From Priapulus caudatus (Eukaryota), in contig NW_014577070.1 in NCBI RefSeq assembly GCF_000485595.1, positions 558,432 through 584,107 on the forward strand: a stretch of 25,676 nucleotides of DNA, written 5' to 3'. Below are positions 10,610-21,863 of the stretch, one piece after another. The position numbers and the translations under genes are program-made. Under the pieces are notes generated by a model. That model worked only from the letters and a program-made list of their open reading frames with translations, was not told where the DNA came from and searched no databases. Positions within the stretch are counted from its first letter, which is position 1. Each line of letters begins with the position of its first letter.

Positions 10610-10619
10610 AATAAATAAA
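10610..10619 (+). terminator. Probable MFF polyadenylation signal
   Basis: Overlapping AATAAATAAA about 1.2 kb after the stop codon, followed by GT/T-rich sequence. Confidence 0.45.
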
Positions 10620-11199
10620 CAACATTTCGCTAAAGTGTTCTTTTCCTAGTATCTGTTAATGTTTTTGTGCGGTATTTTGTGAATGAGTGTATGCAATGAA
10701 ATGGAAAAACAGGCCAATATTGTTTATTTGTGACCCTACCATACTTCTAAAACGGCGTAGTTCTTCTAGACCATAAGTCTACCGTTTAATTTTTATTTGG
10801 AAGCCGTTATGTACAGACTTTGAAATAACGAAGTTGTTTCAGGCTTATGTAACATTTTGTTACGGTTAATACAACGTTTTCTAATAGGGTATACTATACA
10901 TACTTACCTTAATGTACCGTCCGTGAATGCGATTTCAACATGGTGCCGTGTATTAGAGCAAACGTAAGCAGCAATAGGAAATATGGATCATCATACAGAA
11001 ATGGGTTTAATTAATGTGTATTTAAAAAATTCACTTTACATTAACGGTTTACAAAGATTATTGTAAAAATTAAATTCGTTTAATAAAAAGTGAAAATAAA
11101 GCTTGTTAAATATATAGCAATGTATCGCAAGAAATCTATTGCTATACATTCTAGTCATTTCAAATATCTTTAGACAGACAGAGTGATTTTTGAATATCA

Positions 11200-11400
11200 G
11201 AGACAGACAGAAAGACCGAGGGACGGGCGCACGGACGGACGCACGGGCTGCCGGAAGGACGGACAGACGGGCGGAAGGACGGGCCGACAGACGTACACGT
11301 ACACGCGCACGCACGCGCGTACTTTCACGTTCACGAGCACACGTGCACACACGCATATATATATAGATAGAGAGATAGAGAGAGAGGAGAGGCTGAGAGA
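11200..11400. repeat. Compound (GGAC)/(CACG)/(TA)/(GA) microsatellite
   Basis: Direct reading. Confidence 0.85.
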
Positions 11401-11872
11401 TGCAAGCGCTGTGAGGTGTGCGCTTCGCGAAAATATCTTATCAAAGTTGTTCGGGACGTAGCACTTGTCTTAGAACGCGTGGAAATGAAATTCATTAACC
11501 AAGAGTTCAATTATACTCAGAACTCTATAAATGTTTTGGGAAGAGTTTAGATATGTGTCAGCGATGACATATTATGCTATAAACATACTCGTGGTGTTGC
11601 TGCTAGTGGCTGCATCATTATGCATTGATGTTACCCAAAATCAGAAACCAATTCTACACGTAAACGATCTCTACCACTGCTAACAGTTTCATGCTTAAAA
11701 AAAAAATTGTCGTCAATATTGGGTGAATATTGGGTTAATATATATGACAATGTGGTTTATTCTTGTTTGTGTATGTTAATTGCTGTGCGATTCTTATATA
11801 GTGTAGAGGCATAGTGTTTACGCGCATTAGTACCGTACACGCTTTACAATTTTTATATAATATGTATATATT

Positions 11873-11879
11873 ATGTGTG

Positions 11880-11920
<41 letters not shown>

Positions 11921-11996
11921 GTGTACGCGTGCGTGCGTGCGTGTGTGTGCGTGCGTGCGTGCGTGTGTGCGTGCGCGTGTGTGTGTGTGCGTGCGT
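11873..11996. repeat. (GT)n/(GCGT)n microsatellite
   Basis: Direct reading. Confidence 0.95.
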
Positions 11997-12424
11997 ATTT
12001 ATATACAGCGGTTCTTGTTGGAGCGTATAATACTCGTGGCTGAGTTGGAGACATGGACATCGATTTCGCACGCGCATCTGGTCGAGTCCACCACCCCTTT
12101 TACAGGTATGTAATGGACTGGTCCGTTCTGCTCAGGTGCGCAGCGAGTATTCACATTGTAATGAGCAAGCTGTAGTTGCAGCAGCCACCGTGCTAGGGCG
12201 TGGGTTTTGAATCAGGTATACACCGGCCATCTTTGTTGTTTGCGGCAGTGACACAACACTTCTACACTAAACGTTTTCGCGAATTTACCGATATTTTGCC
12301 AATTTCTCACTAAATCACTTCAATTCTGCGCTCCGTCGCTGTGAGAGCGCTGCGTCAGATGAGACAGTCATAATAGAGAGTGTCGAGCGTGTGTGATATT
12401 TGACTCTAAACGAAGGCGACCGCC

Positions 12425-13716
12425 ATGGGTGAAGGAAGGTACGCGAGGAGGGGCGAGAGACAGCCGACGTACATAGTGATCGGCAGCATCCTGTGTTTCG
12501 TCGCCTGCGCGCTGCTCATCATAGCATTCTGCAGTCCGAACTGGCTGCAGCGGAATCGCCGCGTCTTCAGCACAATGCGCAAGATCGGACTCTGGGAGGT
12601 GTGCTTCGACGGATTCTGGGACAGGGAGCTGTCGATGAACAATTACGAGGAGTTCGAGAGAGACGGCTACCTCGTGCGCATCTACGCCGACTGTCGCTGG
12701 GTGTTCAACTGGGATCTGGAGAGAATACGCGTGAGATTGGTTCCGAGTAAGTCACTCGATTGCACCCTGCACATAATTATTATGATATACGTCTTGGCTT
12801 TTATCGGAAAGATATAATTTCCGGATATTGGTTGACCCAGAAGGGATGCGCCTAGCTGTACGATCTTTTGGAGATTTTGTTCCGGAGCTTTTAGGCTGAT
12901 TCTAAGTAATGTTTAACCTGCTCTACCCAATCCCCATAACATCAAGAGCTAATAATACCTATTAGCTCTTGATAACATCTATGTTCATTTAGCCCCAAGA
13001 TGGTGAGCATCACCTGCCTTTCCTCCAGCTGTGCAGGGGTGACCCCACTTCTTGGAGCTTGTCCCACATGATCTTCCTTAGGTGTTTGTATGCCGGGCAA
13101 ACTAACAGGAAATGCTTCAGGTCTTCTGGTTCTCCCTTATTGCACACAGTGCAATTTTCTTCCCCTAACCATCTCCTGGTTCTTTTATTTACGGGGAGGC
13201 ATCCCGGCCGCTCTACATTGGTACAGCAGCTGACTGCCGATTTTATTATTATTGTAAACGGTTTCTCGGTGTGCTCGGAGCACGTGGTCGGTCCGTCGAG
13301 CATTCGCCGAATCTCCTTATCATCCGCTGGGCCTTGCATGCCTACCGCGTGAGAAAAGCAGCATTGAAATCAAAAGTGTAATAATTGTAAACGCCTTCGT
13401 TTCATATATCTTTTCTAAATAGCTATAACACGTATGAGATCCAGAATACACGAGCTTAATTATTTTGCATCTTAAAAAAAATTCAGGCTACTCAAATTAT
13501 ACTTTATTATTTTCTCTTGCAGATTGGTTCATGGCAGTGCAGGGCTTTGCAACACTGGGACTGGTTACATCGATGTTAGCGACAATCATCAATATCTCCA
13601 TGCTGTGCTTCTGCTGCATGACCACAAGAATTTCTTGTCTTTATGCTCAGTCATTCCTGCTCTTCGCATCATGTAAGTGTAACTGACGGCCATATTTATG
13701 AAAAAAGAAAACTAAC

Positions 13717-13765
<49 letters not shown>

Positions 13766-13827
13766 GTAGTGTGTAGTTGTGTGTNNNNNNNNNNTTATTT
13801 AAAAAGTAAAAAGTAAAACTAAACGAA

Positions 13828-13872
<45 letters not shown>

Positions 13873-14657
13873 TGTGTGTGCGTGCATGCGTGTGTGTGCG
13901 TGCGTGCGTGCGTGCGTGCGTGCATGCGTGCATGCGTGTTTGAGTGCTCTTCGCATCATGTAAGTGTAACTGACAGGCAAAAATATTTAAGAAAAAGAAA
14001 ACTAATAAGGGATATCATATATATGAGTGTGTGTGTATGTGTGTGCGTGCGTGCGTGCGTGTTTTAGTGAGAGAGAGTGTGTGTGTGTATGTGTTGAGTG
14101 AGTGTGAGAGATAGATAGAGAGTGAGAGAGAGAGGACGAGAGAGAGAGAGAACGCGCGTGCGTCAGAAGGGGTTTGGGGGAGAGTTATCAAATTCTGTCC
14201 ACGTTTATTGTTTCCATATTAGTTTTTTTCTTATATATACGCACATCTGCTGGAACCGCGTATGCACGTCTATTCATTCTTAACCGCATTTCCAGTTTGC
14301 TGCAACTCGGTCGCCATATCCGTGTTTGCTGCCAAGGCCTTAGATGAACTCTGGATGCCGAACTCATACTGGAACCACTTCGGCTTTGCTTACGTATTCT
14401 GCGTCATCGGAGCCGTGCTAGGGTTCGTGGCCGGAGTTTTCATGTACTCGCAGGCGGCGAAGGAAAGGCGCCGGTCGACCGAGCCAAAGTCAATGCCATT
14501 TGAGTCGTACGAACCGGGAAGGTATAACCATCCGATGACGACATCGGGTAGCTACCTGGGACCGGGGGGAAGCTACAGCACCGGGCCAGCAGGGAGCTAT
14601 AGCACGGGCCCATCGCATAAGACCACGCCCAGCGGCTCCGTAGACACAGACGTGTGA
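12425..14657 (+). CDS. Claudin/PMP22/EMP-family four-transmembrane protein, invertebrate septate-junction claudin-like (exons 12425-12746, 13523-13672, 14296-14657; 277 aa)
   Basis: Kozak context cgccATGG, two phase-1 GT-AG introns and four hydrophobic segments. Claudin loop-1 signature W...GLW..C...C (SPNW...IGLWEVC...ADCRW), a WMP...N.FG.AY second loop, and C-terminal DTDV* class I PDZ-binding motif. Confidence 0.9.
12943..12971. mobile_element. 29-bp P-element-like mini hairpin
   Basis: CAAGAGCTAATA-ATACC-TATTAGCTCTTG with perfect 12-bp arms, flanked by perfect 7-bp ATAACAT (12936-12942, 12972-12978). Confidence 0.65.
13010..13240 (-). mobile_element. Non-LTR retrotransposon ORF2 C-terminal fragment in claudin intron 1
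   Basis: The minus-strand peptide CTVCNKGEPEDLKHFLLVCPAYKHLR matches the CxxC...ED..HF...C..Y C-terminal zinc motif of LINE ORF2 proteins. Boundaries are approximate. Confidence 0.65.
13722..14150. repeat. (TA)n, (GCGT)n, (GT)n and (GA)n microsatellites around a gap in claudin intron 2
   Basis: Direct reading; N-run at 13785-13794. Confidence 0.9.
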
Positions 14658-15213
14658 GCCGTTTAACGATATTCAACCAAAAGGCACATATTTAGATATT
14701 CATTTAAAACTCACACACGCGCGATGTTTAGCCAGGTTGTACACGCACACTAGTTTCGCACCAAACTTCATTTGATGATGCCTCGCAACGTCTCACATTT
14801 CTCTACCACCTAGTGAGGGCCCCAGTGAAGTTGGCTTACATCTGTTCAGGCGCAGAGGCGGTACCTGATGTATGATGCGAGAGGAAAAAAATCGTGTGGG
14901 TGTGTATTCGCATCTTTCGTGGGTAACTTGGAAATTGTGTGCGTTTTTTTGTGTACGTAACTTTTTTAATCGCAACGCTTTTTACTTTACGATATAACGT
15001 TAAGGTATTTTTTATAGTAACATGTTAGAAAACTCGATTTTTAATAATCATATTTGAATATCATAAAAGGAAACTACCACTAGGGAACGAGAGCGAGTTG
15101 AATTTAAGTCGGCAACGTAAAAGGTCTACACATCCGCGTAATGCTATTTCCATTCCTTTTCATCTTTAGATTTTAAAACAACTATGTAAAATGATTGCGT
15201 ATATATATATATA

Positions 15214-15254
15214 CAAGAGCGTATTTAAGAAGAACCCTTCTTTATACGCTCTTG
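15214..15254. mobile_element. 41-bp P-element-like mini hairpin inside a (TA)n tract
   Basis: CAAGAGCGTAT-TTAAGAAG-AACC-CTTCTTT-ATACGCTCTTG, flanked by ATATATA on both sides. The phase fits an odd-length TSD such as 7 bp but not 8 bp. Confidence 0.55.
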
Positions 15255-15357
15255 ATATATATATATATATATATATATACGCATTTTCTATTTTATTAAA
15301 GCATTAGTGGTGGACTTCTTATCATTTTGATACTCTGAATATGATTTCCTTCATTGC

Positions 15358-15363
15358 AATAAA
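15358..15363 (+). terminator. Possible polyadenylation signal of the claudin-like gene
   Basis: First AATAAA noticed after the stop at 14657, with T/GT-rich sequence downstream. Another AATAAA lies at 15718. Confidence 0.35.
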
Positions 15364-15959
15364 AATGTATTTATAAGACCGGCAATGTATTATTGATTTA
15401 TTTGTAACCGTTTTGCCTTTGTTCATCTTTATGTTTGGTGTGTTTAGCTGTGTCTATATTGCAAAAAAGTGTTTGAAGTCAAGTAACATGAGATTGACCC
15501 TGGCGGTAATATTTTAATAAGTGAATGTTTCGATGACGTGAATGTTTCGAGATTTTCGATCGTTTAGTTAGTCGTCATTATCGACAGTCTTTTAAATATG
15601 CTATGAGTTTAAAAATATCATGTATAGACATTATGCTTACGTTTAACGGGGCATTTCAGCATATGGTGCATGTGGCTATGCAAATTTACTTCATATCTGC
15701 GTCGTTTAGGTTAACTCAATAAACATTGATTGATGCGTCCAGATTCGGTGGAGTTAGTTGAAAAATAAGGTGACTAACTGACTCATCACACAGTGCTTGT
15801 GGTCTCAGTTATCTGGTTGCTATTGTGCGTTTCAGCTGCTGAATCGTTCAGGTTTATTGCTAGGATGTTGTACGGCATCAAATTGAAATCTATAAGTAAT
15901 CCGCGTTACAGTACAGGAAACACTTTACCATGTCCCGCTAAATGATAATATGGTAGGAT

Positions 15960-16001
15960 CATGAGTGAATAATAATATAATTCTATTATTATTCACTCCT
16001 G
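15960..16001. mobile_element. 42-bp P-element-like mini hairpin
   Basis: CATGAGTGAATAATAATA / TATTATTATTCACTCCTG (17/18), flanked by perfect 7-bp GTAGGAT (15953-15959, 16002-16008). Confidence 0.65.
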
Positions 16002-16607
16002 GTAGGATTTTTTCAACATAGGGGCCTATTGGGAAAAGAACCCCTATTTGAGGCTACCTGATATAAAGACGTTGTCGTGACTAGGTAATCGTCATCAGAT
16101 CTCAATGCCGTAAAAAGGGGTGTCATCATTTTCTCCCTGTTGAAATATCCGGTATCTGTTTTAATAACATGTCAAAATTTGTTTTATCAGGTGGAAATCG
16201 AAATGTTAAAAGTTAGCGACGGAATTTAAAATATTCATAGGCATGCATGTCCAAACGTGTAAAACGTGTAATGTTTAAATTGTAGTAAACATGTAAATTG
16301 ACATGACGTTCGGGGTAAAAACAAAGCAGTGTAATCGTAGGTAATACTACTCATATTGACAGATGCCGATACTGAGTGTAAATGTCTAACAATACGGACA
16401 ATATTCAGTGTTGACAAATCAGAATACTGACTTTTGTATTGGAATTAATAAAATGTAAATACATTTTACAGCTAAAACCTGCCTAGAGATATTATTCGTG
16501 TAGCGTTGTGTATTGTGATTATGTTATGATTTCACATCGCGACAGATTTACATTTTCTCGACGTTTTTATTTAAAACACCTACAGCTCTCAATCGTTGCC
16601 ATACGAT

Positions 16608-16647
16608 CAGGAGTGTATCAATATTGGAGTGTATTGATACACTCCTG
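16608..16647. mobile_element. 40-bp P-element-like mini hairpin
   Basis: CAGGAGTGTATCAATA / TATTGATACACTCCTG with perfect 16-bp arms, flanked by ATACGAT / ATACGGT (6/7). Confidence 0.65.
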
Positions 16648-17694
16648 ATACGGTGTCATCAACGAATTGTTTATAGCCGCATATCTACAGTGAAAAATAT
16701 AACCTTGACTTATGCGACTACACGATGAAAAGGCTGGGTTTTCACGCCCAGCAGGTTAGAACCATGGGGTCGTTACAAGTCTGAAACATCAAAAGGAGTT
16801 ATAACTATATCATAAATGACAGCATATGAGTCTAACATGTCATAACTTTTGATGTAAAGTGTTATGGAAATGATATTACATATATGATAGCCATATGATA
16901 GCAGCAAGCCTATGCGAACCGAACAATGTTTTTTCAATAAAAAACACTAAACAAATTTTTTTTACCATATAGTTACTTACCTTTAGGTATTTTATCAAAA
17001 CGTTCATTTGATTAGTTATTATTTATATTAGAATTATTTATTGTGAGAAATAAAATTCTCACAATTTCGCCAGGTGCACTGAACATTTTACAAATTTAGT
17101 GGTTTTAGTTAGTCATAGATATGTCGCAGTAAGTAGGTACTAACAGTAGATGTTTCACATACCATCGTGAACCCATTTTACACACATGTCGATTATTGTG
17201 ATAAGTAGAAAAACCTTGATAAATCGCCACAGTAGCCGATGTATAAATGGATATTTCTCTGTGATTACAACTCGGAATAATTTAAGTTTACACTCGTTTT
17301 AATGGTAACATATTGCTGTAAAACGCGCGTCAGGGTTTGATATTAACTGCCGTCTTTTATGAGTTAAGGTTATTTATTTGCATAAATGTTCAATCCGAAC
17401 ATGTGACTGACAGAGTTGGTTTGTTCCCGGGACAATGACAGGACAATGTAGTACGGAGGTCCATAGATATACACAACACATGTGTTGTGTATATCTATGG
17501 GAGGTCATTGTGTAAACGATAAAATCAATCTTTCTCAAAGCAGCGGTTCCACCTCTAAAATTAAGCCTGGTTAACATAAGCGTTTCTTAACATTGCGTAG
17601 ACGCAATTTTTCGGCGACGTTGAGGTCAGGTAGCAAACTGACCATTATAGCTAGGCTGCAGAACTGCAGCTTGCTACCTTTAATTTCAACCCCT

Positions 17695-17696
<2 letters not shown>

Positions 17697-17738
<42 letters not shown>

Positions 17739-17907
17739 GTAGTGTGTGTAGGTGGTGGCGCGTATGTGTGTGGTAGGTACTTATAGAAGTAGTAAGTANN
17801 NNNNNNNNACTACGGAACTACTAACGTTACTAGTACTAGTACGTACGTACGACGTACGTACTACGTACTACGTACTACGTACTTCGTACTACTACTATAT
17901 ATATATA

Positions 17908-17967
<60 letters not shown>

Positions 17968-17990
17968 GCGTGTGCGTGGGTGCGCGTATC
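17697..17990. repeat. (TA)n and (TAC/TACG) microsatellites around a gap
   Basis: Direct reading; N-run at 17799-17808. Confidence 0.9.
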
Positions 17991-18074
17991 TGTGTGTGGG
18001 CCTTATGATAAGACGTAAGATTTAGTTTTGCTTGGTTTAATTTACTGTTAAAACTATTATCAGCAAAGGGAAAA

Positions 18075-18245
18075 CTTAGGGTTGCGTTATGATCAGGGTT
18101 AGGGTTATTGAAGAATTGCGGTTATGGATTGTTAGAATCAGGGATGTAATTAGGTTATGGTTATGTTTAGCAGACTTAAGTTTAATATTAGGTTTAATGT
18201 CAGAGTTATGGTTAGGGTTAATATAGGGTTACGGCTAGGGTTAAT
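18075..18245 (+). repeat. Degenerate (TTAGGG)-like hexamer tract
   Basis: Recurring TTAGGG/TTATGG/TTAGGT variants with about 6-bp periodicity. Confidence 0.6.
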
Positions 18246-18257
18246 GTGGATTTTGGT

Positions 18258-18715
18258 AGTAGCATCCCGCCACAATTCTTCGCCTATCCCAGTGTACATA
18301 GAAATGACGTTCGCGTCACTGGTCGCGTCGCCAGTCTAGATAATTTCTTTCGGTAAAACGTACGCGCTCAAAAAGCAGGGGCATGCCTAATTGGAGAGAT
18401 GTGCATGGTAAAATCCGCTCTAAACAATTCACTTTGACAGCAGCATCTCGCCACAATCTTTCCCCTATGTCATTGTACCTAGGAATAGCGCTCACGCCAC
18501 TGGTCGCGTTGCCAACCAAGATCATTTCTTTCGGCCAAACTTACGCGCTCAAAATGGATAGGGGCATGCCCGTAAAAGATGTACATGGTAAAATCCGCCC
18601 TAGATAATTTACTTTGGCCGCAGCATCAGGCCACAGTCCTTAATTTATACATACGAGTGGCGCTCGCATCGCTGATCGCGTTGCCAGCCAAGAGAATGTT
18701 TTCGGTGTAACCTAC
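18258..18715 (+). repeat. ~180-bp tandem repeat, ~2.5 diverged copies
   Basis: AGCATC..GCCACA recurs at ~18260, ~18442 and ~18622. The blocks CTGGTCGCGT.GCCA, TACGCGCTCAAAA, AGGGGCATGCC and CATGGTAAAATCCGC recur at the same spacing. Confidence 0.85.
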
Positions 18716-20064
18716 AATTGTCCTATCTAGCTCCGTGACATAAGTAGCTCTATCTTTAGTCTTTATCAAATAATTAAAATCACATTTTGTTCCAATAATA
18801 CTGTTACAATAATCTAGAGAGCACATAGCCACTAGCCAAATGTTAACATTACTGTCGTATCAAATTGTCCCGTAACAACGCTGGCAACATTTGTTCACGC
18901 ATGCTCAATATCTCCGAAATAAAATGCTTTATTGTTGAGATTGTTAATTTAAGATATGGAGCAAATATTATATTCGTCGAATTAACTTGACATAAAAATA
19001 AATCGATGTCTCTATATAATAATCATAATGACCCCTATCTGACGTAGCACCCATAAGATTAATGTCTGCAAATACGTTACGTATCCTACATGACACATGC
19101 AGCCTTAATCAGATATATTAAAGAGGAATTTGACATGGAATAATACGTTTAATTTAGAGGGCACCCTAAATTCCCTCACTTTTTTTAATCACAAGGTATG
19201 TAGAAGTACCAAATTTCCCAGTTACCTTACGGGAAATTCCTGTTCGCGCATCCCAGGTATCCCCGGAAGAGAATAACGTATTTTTGAAATTGTACGATTG
19301 AAATGGAGAACAAATGCCCGTCGGGTGTATCTTGAAATCTAAAATAAATGAGATGGGCCTCTCTTTAATAATCATAATGTGCCCCAGCTAACGTATCAGC
19401 ACTAAAGTATAAGTCTGTAAACAGGTGTCCATATGTGTCCCATATGACATATATTGAAGTTGTACGTCCAGACCTTTTCTGAAATGAATGAAATATGTTG
19501 CAATTTAATTTAATTGCAAAAATATCTTTAATTTAGAGAGCATTTTCTTACCATCACTATAATAATTATGAAATTAGCAGTTTAAACAAATTTTTCCTAA
19601 GCAGGGACGTTATATTCTTATAACTTCAATATTTCAGAAATAAAATAACATAATATGCAAATATAATTGCTATATTATTGCAATAAGTTATGAATTTAAA
19701 ATAGAGACAAAGTACGCATCGCAGGAGTTTAACATAAAAAAAATAACTAATGAATCTCGCTGATAATAATGTGGCTTAGCGATGGGATCCCCTGGAGCTA
19801 TACTGTAGGTTCAACCAAATTAGGAAGGTCACGGGGAGGTCTCATTTGCAATTAATAGTGCTCATCGGCGGTTCTGTGATGTCAACTCGGCAACAGTCCC
19901 GGCAAACGGCAGTTCTGTGCAGTCAATACGACGACAGCTCTGGCAACCGGCAGTTCTGTTCTTGTTAACTCGGCAGCGGTTCTGGCAATCAAGCAACAAG
20001 ATTTCTCTGCGGCCGTCTCAGCTAAGCTGTGCCGTCGATCAACAGGACTTCTTGNNNNNNNNNN

Positions 20065-21863
20065 AACTCCTCTGGTGAGATATTGCGCATGCGCTAACAC
20101 ACTAACGTAGCCAGATTATGTACTGGCTGGTATACGCAGCGAGGACCTTATATGCAAGATCTTCCTCCTATTTCTTAAATGATGTCTACTGATGGTATGT
20201 TATTATATAAATCTATGCTAAAATAACTCCTCTTCATTATAAATGCATAATCTTTGCAAAATACGATTACTCACGGTAGATATTGCGCATGCGCGTTCAC
20301 CGTGTTAGGCGTGCAGTGCCGTCTGAGACAAACTTCATAATATAGCTTGCTGAGGGAGAGAGGGAATGGGAGACTGAGGAAAGGCTGCAGGGAAAATAGC
20401 TGGGCCGGTAAAAGAAGAAGGAGGCTGAGCGAGGGACCAGGGGGGCAAGGGGGAAGGACGCGAGGGCATAAAGTAGGTGTTTTGTACCCCTACATGCTAT
20501 GGCGCTCTCCTTATTATAAACATATGTCTACTGATAAAGGTTTATTCGGGCAATCTATGCTGAGATATCCCCTAACCATTTTAAATATATATTTATTACA
20601 AAATATAACTCCTCTGGTGAGATATTACACATGACCTAACACACTAACGTAGCCAGATTGTGTACTGGCTGGTATAAGCAGCGGGGACCTCACACGCAAA
20701 GTCTTCCTCCTATTTCTTAAATGATGTCAACTGATGGAATGTTATCATATAAATCTATGTTAGGTTAACTCCTCTTCATTTTAAATGCATAATCTTTGCA
20801 AAATACGATTTCTCTCAGAAGATATTGCGCATGAGCGCGCACCGTGTTAGACGTGCAGTGCCGTCTGAGGCAAACTTCATAATATAGCTTGCTGAGGGAG
20901 AGAGGGGATGGGAGACTGAGGAAAGGTTGCAGGGGAGATAGCTGGGGCGGTAGAAGAAGAAGAAGGCTGAGCGAAGGACAGGGGAGGCAAGGGGAAGGAT
21001 GCGAGGGCATAAAGTAGTTGTTTTGTACTCTACATGCTAGGGCGCTCTCCTTATTATAAACACAGGTCTACTGATAAAAGTTCATTAGGGAAATCTATGC
21101 TGAGATACCCCCTAACTATTTTAAATATATATTCATCACAAAATATAATTCCTCTGGTGAGATATTGCGCATGCGCTAACACACTAACGTAGCCAGATTG
21201 TGTACTGGCTTGTATAAGCAGCGGGGACCTTACACGCAAGGTCTTCCTGCTATTTCTTAAATGATGTCTATAGATGGAATGTTATCATATAAATCTATGC
21301 TAGGATAACTCCTCTTCATTTTAAATGCACAATCTTTGCAAAATACGATTTCTCTCGGGAGATATTGCGCATGCGCGCACCGTGTTAGGCGTGCGGTGCC
21401 GTCTGAGGCAAACTTCATAATATAGCTTGCTGCGGGGAGAGGGGATGGGAGACTGAGGAAAGGCGGCAGGGAAGATAGCTGGGGGTGGTAGAAGAAGAAG
21501 GAGGCTGGGCGAGGGACAGGGGAGGCAAGGGGAAGCAGGCGAGGGCATAAAGTAGATGTTTTGTACACTACATGCTAGAGCGCTCTTCTAATTATAAACA
21601 GAGGTCTACTGATAAAGGTTTTTTCGGGCAATCTATGCGGAGATACCCCCTAACCATTTTAAATGCATTTTCATCACAAAATATTAGTCCTCTGGTGAGA
21701 TATTGCGCACGCGCTAACACACTAACGTAGCCAGATTGTGTACTGGCTGGTATACGCAGCCGGGACCTTACAGGCAAGGTTTTCCTCCTATTTCTTAAAT
21801 GATGTCTACAGACAGAATGTTATCATATAAATCTATGCTAGGATAACTCCTCTTCATTTTAAA
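20065..21863 (+). repeat. ~540-bp satellite-like tandem array, ~3.3 copies (left end at an N-gap)
   Basis: Unit start AACTCCTCTGGTGAGATATTG (or variant) at 20065, 20607, 21147 and 21685, giving spacings of 542, 540 and 538. Each unit has a purine-rich block. Confidence 0.95.

Noticed and set aside
11500..11530. CAAGAGTTC...GAACTCTA hairpin
   Set aside because: The stem is only 7 bp, the right end lacks TG and there is no TSD.
11036..12113. ORFs rich in VC/HT/RA dipeptides (also 1248-1445, 4761-4970, 13647-14067, 17752-18018)
   Set aside because: They are translations of microsatellites.
18075..18245. Telomere or interstitial telomeric array
   Set aside because: The hexamers are highly degenerate, and similar short tracts occur inside MITEs here (3985-4005, 5793-5808). 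It is more likely TE-internal.
20347..21777. Several similar short ORFs on both strands
   Set aside because: They arise from the 540-bp satellite. Frames are not conserved between copies and no domain is recognisable.
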